Of a stretch of 64,000 bases of DNA, positions 1-12,405 are shown piece after piece (position 1 is the stretch's first letter; each line of letters opens with the position of its first letter). The translations under genes and the position numbers were made by a program. Under the pieces are notes generated by a model, which had not been told where the DNA came from, did no database searches, and saw nothing but the letters and a program-made list of their open reading frames with translations. Location of the stretch: NCBI RefSeq assembly GCF_056746865.1, contig NZ_CM163382.1; one strand, given 5' to 3'.

Positions 1-2
1 TA

Positions 3-686
3 GTGGTCATGCAAACCGTGCGTGACCAGATAGGCCAGCATGTGTTTACTGCTCATCGTCTGGACCGACCAACTTCTGGTGTGTTGTTGATGGGATTATC
101 CAGCGAGGCCGGACGGCTGCTGGCACAACAGTTTGAACAGCACCAAATCCAGAAACGTTACCATGCGATTGTGCGCGGCTGGTTGATGGAAGAAGCAGTT
201 CTGGATTATCCACTGGTGGAAGAACTGGACAAAATCGCTGATAAATTTGCCCGCGAAGATAAAGGCCCACAGCCAGCAGTGACGCATTATCGCGGTCTGG
301 CGACCGTAGAAATGCCGGTAGCGACCGGACGTTACCCGACCACGCGCTACGGCCTGGTGGAACTGGAGCCGAAAACCGGACGCAAGCACCAGCTCCGTCG
401 CCATCTTGCCCATTTGCGCCACCCGATTATTGGCGACAGCAAACATGGTGATTTACGCCAGAATCGCAGCGGTGCTGAACATTTTGGCCTTCAGCGGTTA
501 ATGTTGCATGCCAGTCAGTTGTCATTGACGCATCCTTTTACTGGCGAGCCGCTGACTATTCACGCGGGCCTGGACGACACCTGGATGCAGGCGTTATCAC
601 AATTTGGCTGGCGCGGTCTGCTTCCTGAAAATGAAAGGGTTGAGTTCAGTGCGCCATCGGGTCAGGATGGAGAGATAAGTTCCTAA
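3..686 (+). CDS. truC: tRNA pseudouridine synthase TruC (RluA family), 5'-truncated by window edge
   Basis: ORF open from the window start; translation has the RluA-family [12 protein letters not shown] motif and matches my recollection of E. coli TruC C-terminal ~227 aa; stop at 686. Confidence 0.85.
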   Translation: MVMQTVRDQIGQHVFTAHRLDRPTSGVLLMGLSSEAGRLLAQQFEQHQIQKRYHAIVRGWLMEEAVLDYPLVEELDKIADKFAREDKGPQPAVTHYRGLATVEMPVATGRYPTTRYGLVELEPKTGRKHQLRRHLAHLRHPIIGDSKHGDLRQNRSGAEHFGLQRLMLHASQLSLTHPFTGEPLTIHAGLDDTWMQALSQFGWRGLLPENERVEFSAPSGQDGEISS

Positions 687-703
687 TCCAGGGAGAAAAC
701 GGT

Positions 704-1153
704 ATGGCGGAAATTGGTATTTTTGTCGGCACCATGTACGGAAATTCGCTGTTAGTGGCGGAAGAAGCAGAAGCAATTCTGACCGCACAGGGCCACAAAG
801 CAACGGTATTTGAAGATCCTGAATTAAGCGACTGGCTGCCCTATCAGGATAAGTATGTTCTGGTGGTTACGTCCACGACCGGGCAGGGCGACCTTCCTGA
901 TAGCATTGTGCCGCTCTTTCAGGGAATCAAAGATACCCTGGGCTTCCAGCCGAATCTGCGTTATGGCGTGATTGCGCTCGGCGACAGTAGTTATGTGAAT
1001 TTCTGCAATGGCGGCAAACAGTTCGATGCCTTGTTGCAGGAACAGAGCGCTCAGCGAGTGGGAGAAATGCTGTTGATTGACGCCAGTGAGAACCCGGAAC
1101 CGGAAACGGAATCAAATCCGTGGGTCGAACATTGGGGCACGCTGTTGTCCTGA
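704..1153 (+). CDS. yqcA: flavodoxin-like protein YqcA
   Basis: 149-aa ORF, ATG 18 bp after truC stop; short-chain flavodoxin-like sequence (GTMYGNS...[10 protein letters not shown]). Confidence 0.8.
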   Translation: MAEIGIFVGTMYGNSLLVAEEAEAILTAQGHKATVFEDPELSDWLPYQDKYVLVVTSTTGQGDLPDSIVPLFQGIKDTLGFQPNLRYGVIALGDSSYVNFCNGGKQFDALLQEQSAQRVGEMLLIDASENPEPETESNPWVEHWGTLLS

Positions 1154-1167
1154 TACGTTCAGCGAGC

Positions 1168-1230
1168 GGTAAATGCCGTTTTAGCGGTGTAAATGCCGTT
1201 TTAGCGGTGTAAATGCCGTTTTAGCGGTGC
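1168..1230. repeat. tandem direct repeat, three copies of a ~20-bp unit GGTGTAAATGCCGTTTTAGC (first copy 18 bp)
   Basis: read directly: cggtaaatgccgttttagc / ggtgtaaatgccgttttagc / ggtgtaaatgccgttttagc / ggtgc, immediately 3' of yqcA. Confidence 0.8.
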
Positions 1231-1627
1231 TGAATCGAATCTTTTCAGGCAAATGCCAGTAAAAACTGCTTCATAGCGCGGATTTTTACTGGCGTTTGCC
1301 TGGAGTCAAGCGATCCATTTCATACTCTTCTTTATTTCTTCGTTTTAACCCTTCCTTTCTTGTTCTTGTTTTCATTTCCGTGAAGTGGATTCCACCGTCC
1401 AGGGCTAATGCCAAAATTGGGCCTCATTGAACGCATTAATGTTGTGTTGTTGCACGGTGAGCCGCTATGGCGCGCTTTTTATACTGCTATTGCCAGATAT
1501 AAACACGCGCCGTATTCGGCGAACGACCTATAAAAACGGCAAAAAACACCCTACGTCACCTCTGATTTCCTGGCGATGTCGCAGTCCAGAGTGAGCGTGG
1601 CTAACGCGAATTTTCAGGAGTGCAACA

Positions 1628-2980
1628 ATGAGTTCTTTAAGTCAGGCTGCGAGCAGTGTGGAAAAACGCACGAATGCTCGTTACTGGATAGTGGTGATGT
1701 TGTTTATCGTCACATCCTTCAACTACGGCGACCGCGCTACGCTTTCTATTGCCGGTTCGGAAATGGCCAAAGATATCGGCCTTGATCCCGTGGGAATGGG
1801 CTATGTGTTCTCTGCCTTCTCATGGGCTTATGTTATCGGGCAGATCCCTGGTGGTTGGTTGCTGGATCGTTTTGGTTCAAAACGCGTCTACTTCTGGTCG
1901 ATCTTTATCTGGTCGATGTTTACCTTGCTGCAAGGCTTCGTCGATATCTTTAGTGGATTCGGCATTATCGTTGCCCTGTTTACGCTGCGCTTCCTGGTCG
2001 GGCTTGCTGAAGCGCCATCTTTCCCCGGCAACAGTCGCATTGTTGCGGCCTGGTTTCCGGCGCAGGAAAGGGGAACGGCGGTGTCGATTTTTAACTCCGC
2101 TCAATACTTCGCAACGGTGATCTTCGCGCCGATTATGGGCTGGCTGACGCATGAAGTGGGCTGGTCACACGTCTTCTTCTTTATGGGCGGTCTGGGGATT
2201 GTCATCAGCTTTATCTGGTTGAAAGTCATCCACGAGCCAAATCAACATCCGGGGGTAAATCAGAAAGAGCTGGAGTACATCGCCGCGGGTGGCGCGCTGA
2301 TCAATATGGATCAGCAAAACACCAAAGTTAAAGTGCCGTTCAGCGTGAAGTGGGGGCAGATCAAACAACTGCTCGGGTCACGGATGATGATCGGCGTTTA
2401 TATCGGTCAGTACTGTATCAACGCCCTGACTTACTTCTTTATTACCTGGTTCCCGGTTTATCTGGTGCAGGCGCGTGGGATGTCGATTCTGAAAGCGGGC
2501 TTTGTGGCTTCCGTTCCGGCGGTTTGCGGTTTTATCGGCGGTGTGCTGGGTGGGATTATTTCCGACTGGCTGATGCGCCGCACGGGATCGCTGAACATTG
2601 CGCGTAAAACACCGATCGTAATGGGCATGTTGCTGTCGATGGTGATGGTGTTCTGCAACTACGTCAACGTTGAGTGGATGATCATCGGCTTTATGGCGCT
2701 GGCCTTCTTCGGTAAGGGCATCGGGGCGCTGGGTTGGGCAGTAATGGCAGATACCGCGCCAAAAGAGATCAGCGGTCTTTCCGGTGGCCTGTTCAACATG
2801 TTCGGTAACATTTCTGGCATCGTCACGCCAATCGCAATTGGTTATATCGTTGGCACGACTGGCTCCTTTAATGGGGCGCTGATTTATGTTGGTGTTCATG
2901 CCTTAATCGCGGTACTGAGCTACCTGGTGCTGGTGGGCGATATCAAGCGTATCGAGCTGAAACCTGTCGCGGGGCAATAA
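1628..2980 (+). CDS. gudP: glucarate/galactarate MFS transporter GudP
   Basis: 450-aa ORF; hydrophobic multi-TM MFS sequence matching recalled E. coli GudP. Confidence 0.9.
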   Translation: MSSLSQAASSVEKRTNARYWIVVMLFIVTSFNYGDRATLSIAGSEMAKDIGLDPVGMGYVFSAFSWAYVIGQIPGGWLLDRFGSKRVYFWSIFIWSMFTLLQGFVDIFSGFGIIVALFTLRFLVGLAEAPSFPGNSRIVAAWFPAQERGTAVSIFNSAQYFATVIFAPIMGWLTHEVGWSHVFFFMGGLGIVISFIWLKVIHEPNQHPGVNQKELEYIAAGGALINMDQQNTKVKVPFSVKWGQIKQLLGSRMMIGVYIGQYCINALTYFFITWFPVYLVQARGMSILKAGFVASVPAVCGFIGGVLGGIISDWLMRRTGSLNIARKTPIVMGMLLSMVMVFCNYVNVEWMIIGFMALAFFGKGIGALGWAVMADTAPKEISGLSGGLFNMFGNISGIVTPIAIGYIVGTTGSFNGALIYVGVHALIAVLSYLVLVGDIKRIELKPVAGQ

Positions 2981-2981
2981 G

Positions 2982-4322
2982 ATGACGACACAATCCAGTC
3001 CTGTTATTACTGATATGAAAGTCATTCCGGTCGCCGGGCACGATAGCATGTTGCTTAATATTGGTGGGGCGCATAACGCATATTTCACTCGCAATATTGT
3101 GGTACTCACCGATAACGCCGGGCATACCGGCATTGGTGAAGCGCCAGGCGGAGAGGTGATTTATCAGACATTGGTCGATGCTATTCCGATGGTGCTGGGC
3201 CAGGAAGTTGCGCGCCTGAATAAAGTGGTTCAGCAGGTGCATAAAGGTAATCAGGCAGCCGATTTTGATACCTTCGGCAAAGGTGCCTGGACTTTTGAAT
3301 TGCGCGTTAATGCCGTGGCGGCGCTGGAAGCCGCCTTGCTTGACCTGCTAGGTAAGGCGCTGAATGTTCCGGTCTGCGAACTGTTGGGGCCAGGCAAGCA
3401 ACGCGAGGCTATTACCGTCCTCGGTTATCTGTTTTATATCGGTGATCGGACCAAAACCGATCTTCCTTATCTGGAAAATACGCCGGGCAACCATGAGTGG
3501 TATCAATTGCGGCATCAGAAAGCGATGAACAGCGAAGCCGTTGTGCGTCTGGCGGAAGCTTCACAGGATCGCTATGGCTTTAAAGATTTCAAACTTAAGG
3601 GCGGGGTGTTACCTGGCGAGCAAGAAATCGACACTGTTCGTGCATTGAAGAAACGCTTCCCGGATGCGCGAATTACCGTTGATCCCAACGGTGCATGGCT
3701 GCTTGATGAAGCAATTTCTCTGTGCAAAGGGCTGAATGATGTTCTCACCTATGCTGAAGATCCATGCGGCGCTGAGCAGGGTTTCTCCGGTCGTGAAGTG
3801 ATGGCTGAGTTTCGACGGGCGACCGGCCTGCCCGTCGCGACCAACATGATTGCCACCAACTGGCGCGAAATGGGCCATGCGGTAATGCTTAATGCGGTGG
3901 ATATTCCACTTGCCGATCCGCATTTCTGGACGCTTTCCGGTGCAGTCCGCGTAGCGCAGCTTTGCGACGACTGGGGGCTGACCTGGGGCTGCCATTCCAA
4001 TAACCACTTTGATATCTCTCTGGCGATGTTTACCCATGTGGGTGCGGCGGCACCGGGTAATCCTACCGCTATCGATACCCACTGGATTTGGCAGGAGGGC
4101 GATTGTCGCCTGACCAAAAATCCGCTGGAGATTAAAAACGGAAAAATTGCCGTTCCTGATGCGCCCGGTCTGGGCGTGGAACTGGACTGGGAGCAGGTAC
4201 AAAAGGCGCATGAGGCCTATAAACGTCTGCCTGGCGGTGCGCGTAACGACGCGGGCCCGATGCAGTACCTGATCCCCGGCTGGACCTTTGACCGTAAACG
4301 TCCCGTTTTCGGCCGTCATTGA
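2982..4322 (+). CDS. gudX: glucarate dehydratase-related protein GudX (enolase superfamily)
   Basis: 446-aa ORF starting 2 bp after gudP stop; enolase-superfamily sequence, paralogous to downstream GudD. Confidence 0.9.
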   Translation: MTTQSSPVITDMKVIPVAGHDSMLLNIGGAHNAYFTRNIVVLTDNAGHTGIGEAPGGEVIYQTLVDAIPMVLGQEVARLNKVVQQVHKGNQAADFDTFGKGAWTFELRVNAVAALEAALLDLLGKALNVPVCELLGPGKQREAITVLGYLFYIGDRTKTDLPYLENTPGNHEWYQLRHQKAMNSEAVVRLAEASQDRYGFKDFKLKGGVLPGEQEIDTVRALKKRFPDARITVDPNGAWLLDEAISLCKGLNDVLTYAEDPCGAEQGFSGREVMAEFRRATGLPVATNMIATNWREMGHAVMLNAVDIPLADPHFWTLSGAVRVAQLCDDWGLTWGCHSNNHFDISLAMFTHVGAAAPGNPTAIDTHWIWQEGDCRLTKNPLEIKNGKIAVPDAPGLGVELDWEQVQKAHEAYKRLPGGARNDAGPMQYLIPGWTFDRKRPVFGRH

Positions 4323-4342
4323 TTTTGAAAAAGGACATAAAT

Positions 4343-5683
4343 ATGAGTTCTCAATTTACGACGCCTGTTGTTACTGAAATGCAGGTCATCCCGGTGGCGG
4401 GCCATGACAGTATGCTGATGAATCTGAGTGGTGCACACGCACCGTTCTTCACGCGTAATATTGTGATTATCAAAGATAATTCTGGTCACACTGGCGTAGG
4501 GGAAATTCCCGGCGGCGAGAAAATCCGTAAAACGCTGGAAGATGCGATTCCGCTGGTGGTGGGTAAAACGCTGGGTGAATACAAAAACGTTCTGACGCTG
4601 GTGCGTAATACATTTGCCGATCGTGATGCCGGCGGGCGCGGTTTGCAGACATTTGACCTGCGGACCACTATTCATGTGGTTACCGGGATAGAAGCGGCAA
4701 TGCTGGATCTGCTGGGGCAGCATCTGGGGGTTAACGTGGCATCGCTGCTGGGCGATGGTCAACAGCGTAGCGAAGTCGAAATGCTCGGTTATCTGTTCTT
4801 CGTCGGTAATCGCAAAGCCACACCGCTGCCGTATCAAAGCCAGCCGGATGATAAATGTGACTGGTATCGCCTGCGTCACGAAGAAGCGATGACGCCGGAT
4901 GCGGTGGTGCGCCTGGCGGAAGCGGCATATGAAAAATATGGCTTCAACGATTTCAAACTGAAGGGCGGTGTACTGGCCGGGGAAGAAGAAGCAGAATCTA
5001 TTGTGGCACTGGCGCAACGCTTCCCACAGGCGCGTATTACCCTCGATCCTAACGGTGCCTGGTCGCTGAACGAGGCGATTAAAATTGGTAAATACCTGAA
5101 AGGTTCGCTGGCTTATGCAGAAGATCCGTGTGGTGCGGAGCAAGGTTTCTCCGGGCGTGAAGTGATGGCAGAGTTCCGTCGCGCGACAGGTCTGCCGACT
5201 GCAACCAATATGATCGCCACCGACTGGCGGCAGATGGGCCATACGCTCTCCCTGCAATCCGTTGATATCCCGCTGGCGGATCCGCATTTCTGGACGATGC
5301 AAGGTTCGGTACGTGTGGCGCAAATGTGCCATGAATTTGGCCTGACCTGGGGTTCACACTCTAACAATCATTTCGATATTTCCCTGGCGATGTTTACCCA
5401 CGTTGCCGCTGCTGCACCGGGTAAAATTACTGCTATTGATACGCACTGGATCTGGCAGGAAGGCAATCAGCGTCTGACCAAAGAACCGTTTGAGATCAAA
5501 GGCGGGCTGGTACAGGTGCCGCAAAAACCAGGATTGGGCGTAGAAATCGATATGGATCAGGTGATGAAAGCCCACGAGCTGTATCAGAAACATGGGCTTG
5601 GTGCGCGTGACGATGCGATGGGAATGCAGTACCTGATTCCTGGCTGGACGTTTGATAACAAGCGCCCGTGCATGGTGCGTTAA
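4343..5683 (+). CDS. gudD: glucarate dehydratase GudD
   Basis: ORF 4319..5683; preferred start is the ATG at 4343 ([22 protein letters not shown]...) giving 446 aa, parallel to GudX N-terminus. Confidence 0.9.
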   Translation: MSSQFTTPVVTEMQVIPVAGHDSMLMNLSGAHAPFFTRNIVIIKDNSGHTGVGEIPGGEKIRKTLEDAIPLVVGKTLGEYKNVLTLVRNTFADRDAGGRGLQTFDLRTTIHVVTGIEAAMLDLLGQHLGVNVASLLGDGQQRSEVEMLGYLFFVGNRKATPLPYQSQPDDKCDWYRLRHEEAMTPDAVVRLAEAAYEKYGFNDFKLKGGVLAGEEEAESIVALAQRFPQARITLDPNGAWSLNEAIKIGKYLKGSLAYAEDPCGAEQGFSGREVMAEFRRATGLPTATNMIATDWRQMGHTLSLQSVDIPLADPHFWTMQGSVRVAQMCHEFGLTWGSHSNNHFDISLAMFTHVAAAAPGKITAIDTHWIWQEGNQRLTKEPFEIKGGLVQVPQKPGLGVEIDMDQVMKAHELYQKHGLGARDDAMGMQYLIPGWTFDNKRPCMVR

Positions 5684-5696
5684 GACAGAAAACCAA

Positions 5697-5723
5697 AACC
5701 GGCTCTTTCAGGAGCCGGTTTGA
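5697..5723. terminator. hairpin after gudD (aaccggctc-tttcagg-agccggtt), weak T-tract
   Basis: inverted repeat read directly, lying between convergent gudD and barA. Confidence 0.45.
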
Positions 5724-5805
5724 GACTGATGCCAAACGCAAAATTGCCTGTTGCGCTACGTATCAGGCCAACATACTTTTTAATTCATTGAATTTAATTG
5801 GTTTT

Positions 5806-5841
5806 GTAGGCCGGATAAGGCGTTAACGCCGCATCCGGCAT
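5806..5841. repeat. REP-like palindromic unit (gtaggccggataaggcgttaacgccgcatccggcat)
   Basis: characteristic enterobacterial REP motif GCCGGATAAGGCG...GCATCCGGC between convergent genes. Confidence 0.6.
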
Positions 5842-5913
5842 AAACACAGGCACCTTGTCACCAATCTGAAACCAGCGTCATAAAAAGCCGATTGCTACTC
5901 GACAAGACGTCCA

Positions 5914-8670
5914 TTACCCGAGAATTTTGCTGGCTTCGCGCGCTACATTATCCATCTCGTCCAACAGTTCCAGCAGCTCCGGCTCCAAATCTTCTTCTTT
6001 AGTACCGCTACGTAGCTGTTGTTCGATCAGTTGGCAGAGATTCTTCATACGCGGCACACCGCTATAGCCGCAACTGCCATGCAGTTTATGAATCAAATCA
6101 ACCAGGCCTTCCGGGTTTTCTCCAACCAGCTGTTCCTCAACTTTGTTGCGAACTTCAGGCAGGAAATCGAGTAACATTTGCAGCATATCGCGCGCTAAAT
6201 CGGTTTTTCCTGCTGCCTGGCGTAGTGCCAGTTGCCAGTCGAGGGTCGCATTCGGGTTCACCACAATTTCGTTGACTTCGGGCGTCACGACGCGAGAGGA
6301 AATACCGCTGCCAGGCTTGTAGCGCAACAGCAAATTATGCAATCGTTCTTCTTCAATCGGTTTCGCCAGATAATCGCTCATCCCTGCGCCAAGCAGCTTC
6401 TCTTTTTGCCCGGCCATTGCATGCGCCGTTACCGCGATAACTGGCGTTTGTTGCTGATGGGGGAGCTGGTGGATGAGTTCGCAGGCCCGAATGCCGTCCA
6501 TGTCCGGCATTTGAATATCCATTAAGATCAAATCGAACGGCATCTGTTTCGCCCGTTCAACCGCCTGATGCCCGCTATCGCAAAGTTCCACATGTTGCAC
6601 CATATCTTCCAGCAATGCGCCGATAAGTTTCAGGTTAGCGGGGTTGTCATCAACCGCCATGACTGTCATTGCCAGCTTACTTTCATCGGTTACAGGCAAA
6701 AGCGTGTTTTGTTTGTGATGACAAAATTCCGTCAGGGCAGGTAACAGGCGCGTAGGTGTTAATGGTTTCAGCAGACACGCGCCGATACCATCTTGCTTAA
6801 GTTTTTCAGCATTGACTTGTGCATGGCAAGGAAGTGCCAGCATCAGAAAATCGGTCATCGATACCGCTTTCGCTAATCGCTCATGTTGCATTGTTAGCGG
6901 CTCGCGGAAGGTCACCGCAATGCCTAATAACATCATGTCGTAATGCGCGGGAGGCAGCGCGGAGAACGTTGGGCTATAAACCACTTCCAGCGGCGTTTCA
7001 CTTAAAATATCCAGCGTGCATTGCGCTGCTGCGGAGTTTGGTTCGACATAGGCCAGGCGCTTGCCGGCGAGGCATTGGGTGGATGGCCCTTCGATAATAA
7101 TGTTCGGATTCAGATCGAGATTAATGTGGAACCAGAAAGTTGAACCGCGATTCGGCTGGCTATGGAACGAAATATCGCCGCCCATTTCATTAACCAGTTT
7201 TTGTGTAATCACCAGCCCCAGCCCGGTGCCACCATGACGGCGGGAAATACTGGCATCAGCCTGTCGGAAGGCCTGGAATAAGCGCGATTGATCGCGTTCC
7301 GGAATACCAATGCCGGTATCCCGAATCTGCACTTCAATCTGCACTTTGGTATTACTCAGCGCACGTTTTTCTACCAGAATATCAATGTTGCCATTCTCGG
7401 TGAATTTAATTGCATTCCCTACCAGGTTAGTGATGATTTGCTGTAATCGTAGTGGGTCGCCGATAACGTTATCAGGCACGTCGCTTTTAATATTGAGCGT
7501 CAGTTCCAGCCCTTTATCGTGAGAAGAATGTGCCAGCAGGGTAACGACTTCATCCAGCGTGCTGCGTAGTGGGAATGGAATACTTTCCAGAATCAGCTTA
7601 CCTGCTTCCAGTTTCGAGAAGTCGAGAACATCATTAATAATTGCCAGCAAATTATTTGCCGAACGTTCAATCGTATTCAGGTGATCGCGCTGCGTTGGTG
7701 TTAATTCTGTTTTCAGCGTCAGGCGGGTAAAGCCAATAACACCATTCAGTGGTGTACGCAGTTCGTGTGACATATTTGCCAGAAACTCGGATTTAATACG
7801 CGCCGCTTCCTGGGCGCGCTTTTTCGCCAGATCCAACTCAACGTTCTGAATTTCCATCTGCTCCAGCGTTTCACGCAGATCGGACGTCGCCTGGTCGATA
7901 TTGTGCTGCATCTCTTCGTGATAAGCAGCCAGCGACATTGCCATCGAGTTGATACCGTTTTTCAGCATATCCAGCTCACCAAGCATAAATCCTTCCACCC
8001 GGCTGTCGAGTTGCCCGCGACGGATGCGGTCGACGGTATTCACCATGTTGCGAATCGGACCGGTTACATCGCGCATTAAGCGCCAGCCAAAAATAAGCGC
8101 AATACCGATACAAAACAGCATCATCACGCTGGAAATAAAGATCTCTTTATATTGCTGCAAGCGAACCGATTTAAGATCCAGCTCCAGCGCAATATATCCC
8201 AGCATATTTTGACTATTTTTGGCATCGCTACTGGGCGATTCGTCGGGGGAGTAACTCTCAGAAATAATCGGCGTGCGGAGGATCATAATATCGCCGTCAC
8301 GAGTGACAGTGAGCTGGCGAGGAAACGGCACGTTGCTGCCGAGCTGCATTGATGAGGGATCAAGATGAAAATTGGAAGTGACAAAGAGTCGGTTATTTTC
8401 ATCATAAACCGAAATCGCGCGAACAATATCGGAATGGCGACGATGCAGTACGCTTATTAACTGACCGATAGATTCGCGATTTTGCAGGCTCATGCCATAT
8501 TCAGTAGAAACTGCAAGCGGCTCAATAATGCTGGCTCCGGCATCTTCCAGTTGACGCTGCAAGTCGTTATAGCGATGCACAACGAAAAAGATACTCAGCA
8601 ATAAACCAATAAGGACGGTCGGTGCCAGGATCAGAATCATCATGCGTGCGCGCAGGCTGTAGTTGGTCAT
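5914..8670 (-). CDS. barA: hybrid sensor histidine kinase BarA
   Basis: 918-aa ORF; N-terminal TM segments, HAMP, HisKA (H-box [10 protein letters not shown]), HATPase, receiver and Hpt regions. Confidence 0.95.
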
Positions 8671-8726
8671 GGAGTTCCGTTATGGGACAATTAAGGTCAC
8701 ACTGTTAAATTGAGAAAGTCTCGCCA

Positions 8727-10028
8727 ATGGCGCAATTCTACTCTGCAAAACGACGCACGACGACGCGTCAGATCATAACTGTTTCAGTCAACGACCTCGA
8801 CTCTTTTGGTCAGGGCGTGGCACGACATAACGGCAAAGCGTTATTTATTCCTGGATTACTGCCACAGGAAAACGCGGAAGTTACTGTTACTGAAGATAAA
8901 AAACAATACGCCCGCGCTAAAGTCGTACGCCGGTTAAGCGATAGCCCGGAACGCGAAACGCCACGCTGCCCTCATTTTGGCGTATGCGGCGGCTGTCAGC
9001 AACAACACGCCAGCGAGGATTTACAGCAGCGAAGCAAAAGTGCGGCACTCGCCCGATTAATGAAACACGAGGTCTCTGAAGTGATCGCCGATGTTCCCTG
9101 GGGCTATCGCCGTCGCGCGCGTTTAAGTTTGAACTACTTACCGAAAACACAGCAACTTCAGATGGGGTTTCGCAAAGCGGGCTCCAGTGACATTGTCGAC
9201 GTTAAACAATGTCCCATTTTAGTGCCCCAACTTGAAGCATTGCTGCCCAAAGTCAGGGCATGCCTGGGCAGCTTACAAGCTATGCGCCATCTTGGTCATG
9301 TTGAACTGGTACAGGCAACCAGCGGCACGCTGATGATTTTGCGCCATACCGCACCGCTAAGTTCGGCAGATCGCGAAAAACTGGAACGCTTTTCGCATTC
9401 TGAAGGCCTGGATCTGTATCTCGCCCCCGATAGTGAGATACTCGAAACCGTCTCTGGTGAGATGCCCTGGTATGACTCAAACGGGTTGCGCTTAACTTTT
9501 AGCCCGCGCGATTTTATTCAGGTCAATGCGGGTGTGAACCAAAAAATGGTAGCGCGTGCGTTGGAATGGCTGGATGTGCAACCTGAAGATCGCGTACTGG
9601 ATCTGTTCTGCGGTATGGGCAACTTTACACTGCCATTGGCGACACAAGCTGCCAGTGTGGTGGGTGTAGAAGGTGTTCCGGCGCTGGTGGAAAAAGGCCA
9701 GCAGAATGCGCGTCTTAATGGCTTACACAATGTGACGTTTTATCACGAAAATCTTGAAGAAGATGTCACAAAGCAGCCGTGGGCGAAAAACGGCTTCGAT
9801 AAAGTGTTGCTGGACCCGGCGCGAGCAGGTGCCGCAGGAGTTATGCAGCAAATTATAAAACTGGAACCTATTCGTATAGTTTATGTATCCTGTAACCCTG
9901 CAACGCTGGCTCGGGATAGCGAAGCGTTATTAAAAGCAGGATATACCATTGCGCGACTGGCGATGCTGGATATGTTCCCACACACGGGACATCTGGAATC
10001 GATGGTACTTTTCTCGCGCGTTAAATAG
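8727..10028 (+). CDS. rlmD: 23S rRNA (uracil1939-C5)-methyltransferase RlmD (RumA)
   Basis: 433-aa ORF; TRAM-like N-terminus, Fe-S cysteines ([11 protein letters not shown]), SAM-MTase core. Confidence 0.95.
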   Translation: MAQFYSAKRRTTTRQIITVSVNDLDSFGQGVARHNGKALFIPGLLPQENAEVTVTEDKKQYARAKVVRRLSDSPERETPRCPHFGVCGGCQQQHASEDLQQRSKSAALARLMKHEVSEVIADVPWGYRRRARLSLNYLPKTQQLQMGFRKAGSSDIVDVKQCPILVPQLEALLPKVRACLGSLQAMRHLGHVELVQATSGTLMILRHTAPLSSADREKLERFSHSEGLDLYLAPDSEILETVSGEMPWYDSNGLRLTFSPRDFIQVNAGVNQKMVARALEWLDVQPEDRVLDLFCGMGNFTLPLATQAASVVGVEGVPALVEKGQQNARLNGLHNVTFYHENLEEDVTKQPWAKNGFDKVLLDPARAGAAGVMQQIIKLEPIRIVYVSCNPATLARDSEALLKAGYTIARLAMLDMFPHTGHLESMVLFSRVK

Positions 10029-10075
10029 TTACGATTTGCCGATTTCGGCAGGTCTGGTCCCTAAAGGAGAGGACG

Positions 10076-12310
10076 ATGGTTGCGGTAAGAAGTGCACATA
10101 TCAATAAGGCTGGTGAATTTGATCCGGAAAAATGGATCGCAAGTCTGGGTATTACCAGCCAGAAGTCGTGTGAGTGCTTAGCCGAAACCTGGGCGTATTG
10201 TCTGCAACAGACGCAGGGGCATCCGGATGCCAGTCTGTTATTGTGGCGTGGTGTTGAGATGGTGGAGATCCTCTCGACATTAAGTATGGACATTGACACG
10301 CTGCGGGCGGCGCTGCTGTTCCCTCTGGCGGATGCCAACGTAGTCAGCGAAGATGTGCTGCGTGAGAGCGTCGGTAAGTCGGTCGTTAACCTTATTCACG
10401 GCGTGCGTGATATGGCGGCGATCCGCCAGCTGAAAGCGACGCATACCGATTCTGTTTCCTCCGAGCAGGTCGATAACGTTCGCCGGATGTTATTGGCGAT
10501 GGTCGATGATTTTCGCTGCGTGGTCATCAAACTGGCAGAGCGTATTGCTCATCTGCGCGAAGTAAAAGACGCGCCGGAAGATGAACGCGTACTGGCGGCA
10601 AAAGAGTGCACCAATATCTACGCGCCGTTGGCGAACCGTCTTGGGATTGGACAACTGAAATGGGAGCTGGAAGATTACTGCTTCCGTTATCTCCACCCGA
10701 CCGAATACAAACGCATCGCAAAACTGCTGCATGAACGCCGTCTCGACCGCGAACACTATATCGAAGAGTTTGTCGGCCATCTGCGCGCTGAGATGAAAGC
10801 TGAAGGCGTTAAAGCTGAAGTGTATGGTCGACCGAAACACATCTACAGCATCTGGCGCAAAATGCAGAAAAAGAACCTCGCCTTCGATGAGCTGTTTGAT
10901 GTGCGTGCGGTACGTATTGTCGCCGAGCGTTTACAGGATTGTTATGCCGCACTGGGGATAGTGCACACTCACTATCGCCACCTGCCGGATGAGTTTGACG
11001 ATTACGTCGCTAACCCGAAACCAAACGGTTATCAGTCTATTCATACCGTGGTTCTGGGGCCGGGTGGAAAAACCGTTGAGATCCAAATCCGCACCAAACA
11101 GATGCATGAAGATGCAGAGTTGGGGGTTGCTGCGCACTGGAAATATAAAGAAGGCGCGGCAGCTGGCGGCGCACGTTCGGGACATGAAGACCGAATTGCC
11201 TGGCTGCGTAAACTGATTGCGTGGCAGGAAGAGATGGCTGATTCCGGCGAAATGCTCGACGAAGTACGCAGCCAGGTCTTTGACGACCGGGTGTACGTCT
11301 TTACGCCGAAAGGTGACGTCGTTGATTTGCCTGCGGGATCAACGCCGCTGGACTTCGCTTACCACATCCACAGTGATGTCGGGCACCGCTGCATCGGGGC
11401 AAAAATTGGCGGGCGCATTGTGCCGTTCACCTACCAGCTGCAGATGGGCGACCAGATTGAAATTATCACCCAGAAACAGCCGAACCCCAGCCGTGACTGG
11501 TTAAACCCAAACCTCGGTTACGTCACAACCAGCCGTGGGCGTTCGAAAATTCACGCCTGGTTCCGTAAACAGGACCGTGACAAAAACATTCTGGCTGGGC
11601 GGCAAATCCTTGACGACGAGCTGGAACATCTGGGGATCAGCCTGAAAGAAGCAGAAAAACATCTGCTGCCGCGTTACAACTTCAATGATGTCGACGAGTT
11701 GCTGGCGGCGATTGGTGGCGGGGATATCCGTCTCAATCAGATGGTGAACTTCCTGCAATCGCAATTTAATAAGCCGAGTGCCGAAGAGCAGGATGCCGCC
11801 GCGCTGAAGCAACTTCAGCAAAAAAGCTATACGCCGCAAAACCGCAGTAAAGATAACGGTCGTGTGGTGGTTGAAGGTGTCGGTAACCTGATGCACCACA
11901 TCGCGCGCTGCTGCCAGCCGATTCCTGGAGATGAGATTGTCGGCTTCATTACCCAGGGACGCGGTATTTCAGTACACCGCGCCGATTGCGAACAACTGGC
12001 GGAACTGCGCTCCCATGCGCCAGAACGTATTGTTGATGCGGTATGGGGCGAGAGCTACTCCGCCGGATATTCGCTGGTGGTCCGCGTGGTGGCTAATGAT
12101 CGTAGTGGGTTGTTACGTGATATCACGACCATTCTCGCCAACGAGAAGGTGAACGTACTTGGCGTTGCCAGCCGTAGCGACACCAAACAGCAACTGGCGA
12201 CCATCGACATGACCATTGAGATTTACAACCTGCAAGTGCTGGGCCGCGTGCTGGGTAAACTCAACCAGGTGCCGGATGTTATCGACGCGCGTCGGTTGCA
12301 CGGGAGTTAG
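10076..12310 (+). CDS. relA: GTP pyrophosphokinase RelA ((p)ppGpp synthetase I)
   Basis: 744-aa ORF with RelA/SpoT synthetase, TGS and ACT regions; matches recalled E. coli RelA. Confidence 0.95.
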   Translation: MVAVRSAHINKAGEFDPEKWIASLGITSQKSCECLAETWAYCLQQTQGHPDASLLLWRGVEMVEILSTLSMDIDTLRAALLFPLADANVVSEDVLRESVGKSVVNLIHGVRDMAAIRQLKATHTDSVSSEQVDNVRRMLLAMVDDFRCVVIKLAERIAHLREVKDAPEDERVLAAKECTNIYAPLANRLGIGQLKWELEDYCFRYLHPTEYKRIAKLLHERRLDREHYIEEFVGHLRAEMKAEGVKAEVYGRPKHIYSIWRKMQKKNLAFDELFDVRAVRIVAERLQDCYAALGIVHTHYRHLPDEFDDYVANPKPNGYQSIHTVVLGPGGKTVEIQIRTKQMHEDAELGVAAHWKYKEGAAAGGARSGHEDRIAWLRKLIAWQEEMADSGEMLDEVRSQVFDDRVYVFTPKGDVVDLPAGSTPLDFAYHIHSDVGHRCIGAKIGGRIVPFTYQLQMGDQIEIITQKQPNPSRDWLNPNLGYVTTSRGRSKIHAWFRKQDRDKNILAGRQILDDELEHLGISLKEAEKHLLPRYNFNDVDELLAAIGGGDIRLNQMVNFLQSQFNKPSAEEQDAAALKQLQQKSYTPQNRSKDNGRVVVEGVGNLMHHIARCCQPIPGDEIVGFITQGRGISVHRADCEQLAELRSHAPERIVDAVWGESYSAGYSLVVRVVANDRSGLLRDITTILANEKVNVLGVASRSDTKQQLATIDMTIEIYNLQVLGRVLGKLNQVPDVIDARRLHGS

Positions 12311-12405
12311 TCTTACATAGCTGGATATGGCGTCAGCCGTATCCAGCGATATCTTTTACTCGAAGGTATTACACCTGACAGACCCGCAATTTTCAGGACA
12401 TTCTA

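Noticed and set aside
3609-5332. Long minus-strand ORFs (236 and 338 aa) antisense to gudX and gudD
   Set aside because: Overlap well-supported enolase-superfamily genes; no start context or recognisable motif
12311-12405. Expected mazE/mazF genes between relA and mazG
   Set aside because: The gap is only 95 bp with no ORF; the module is absent from this locus, which is reported as a finding rather than a feature
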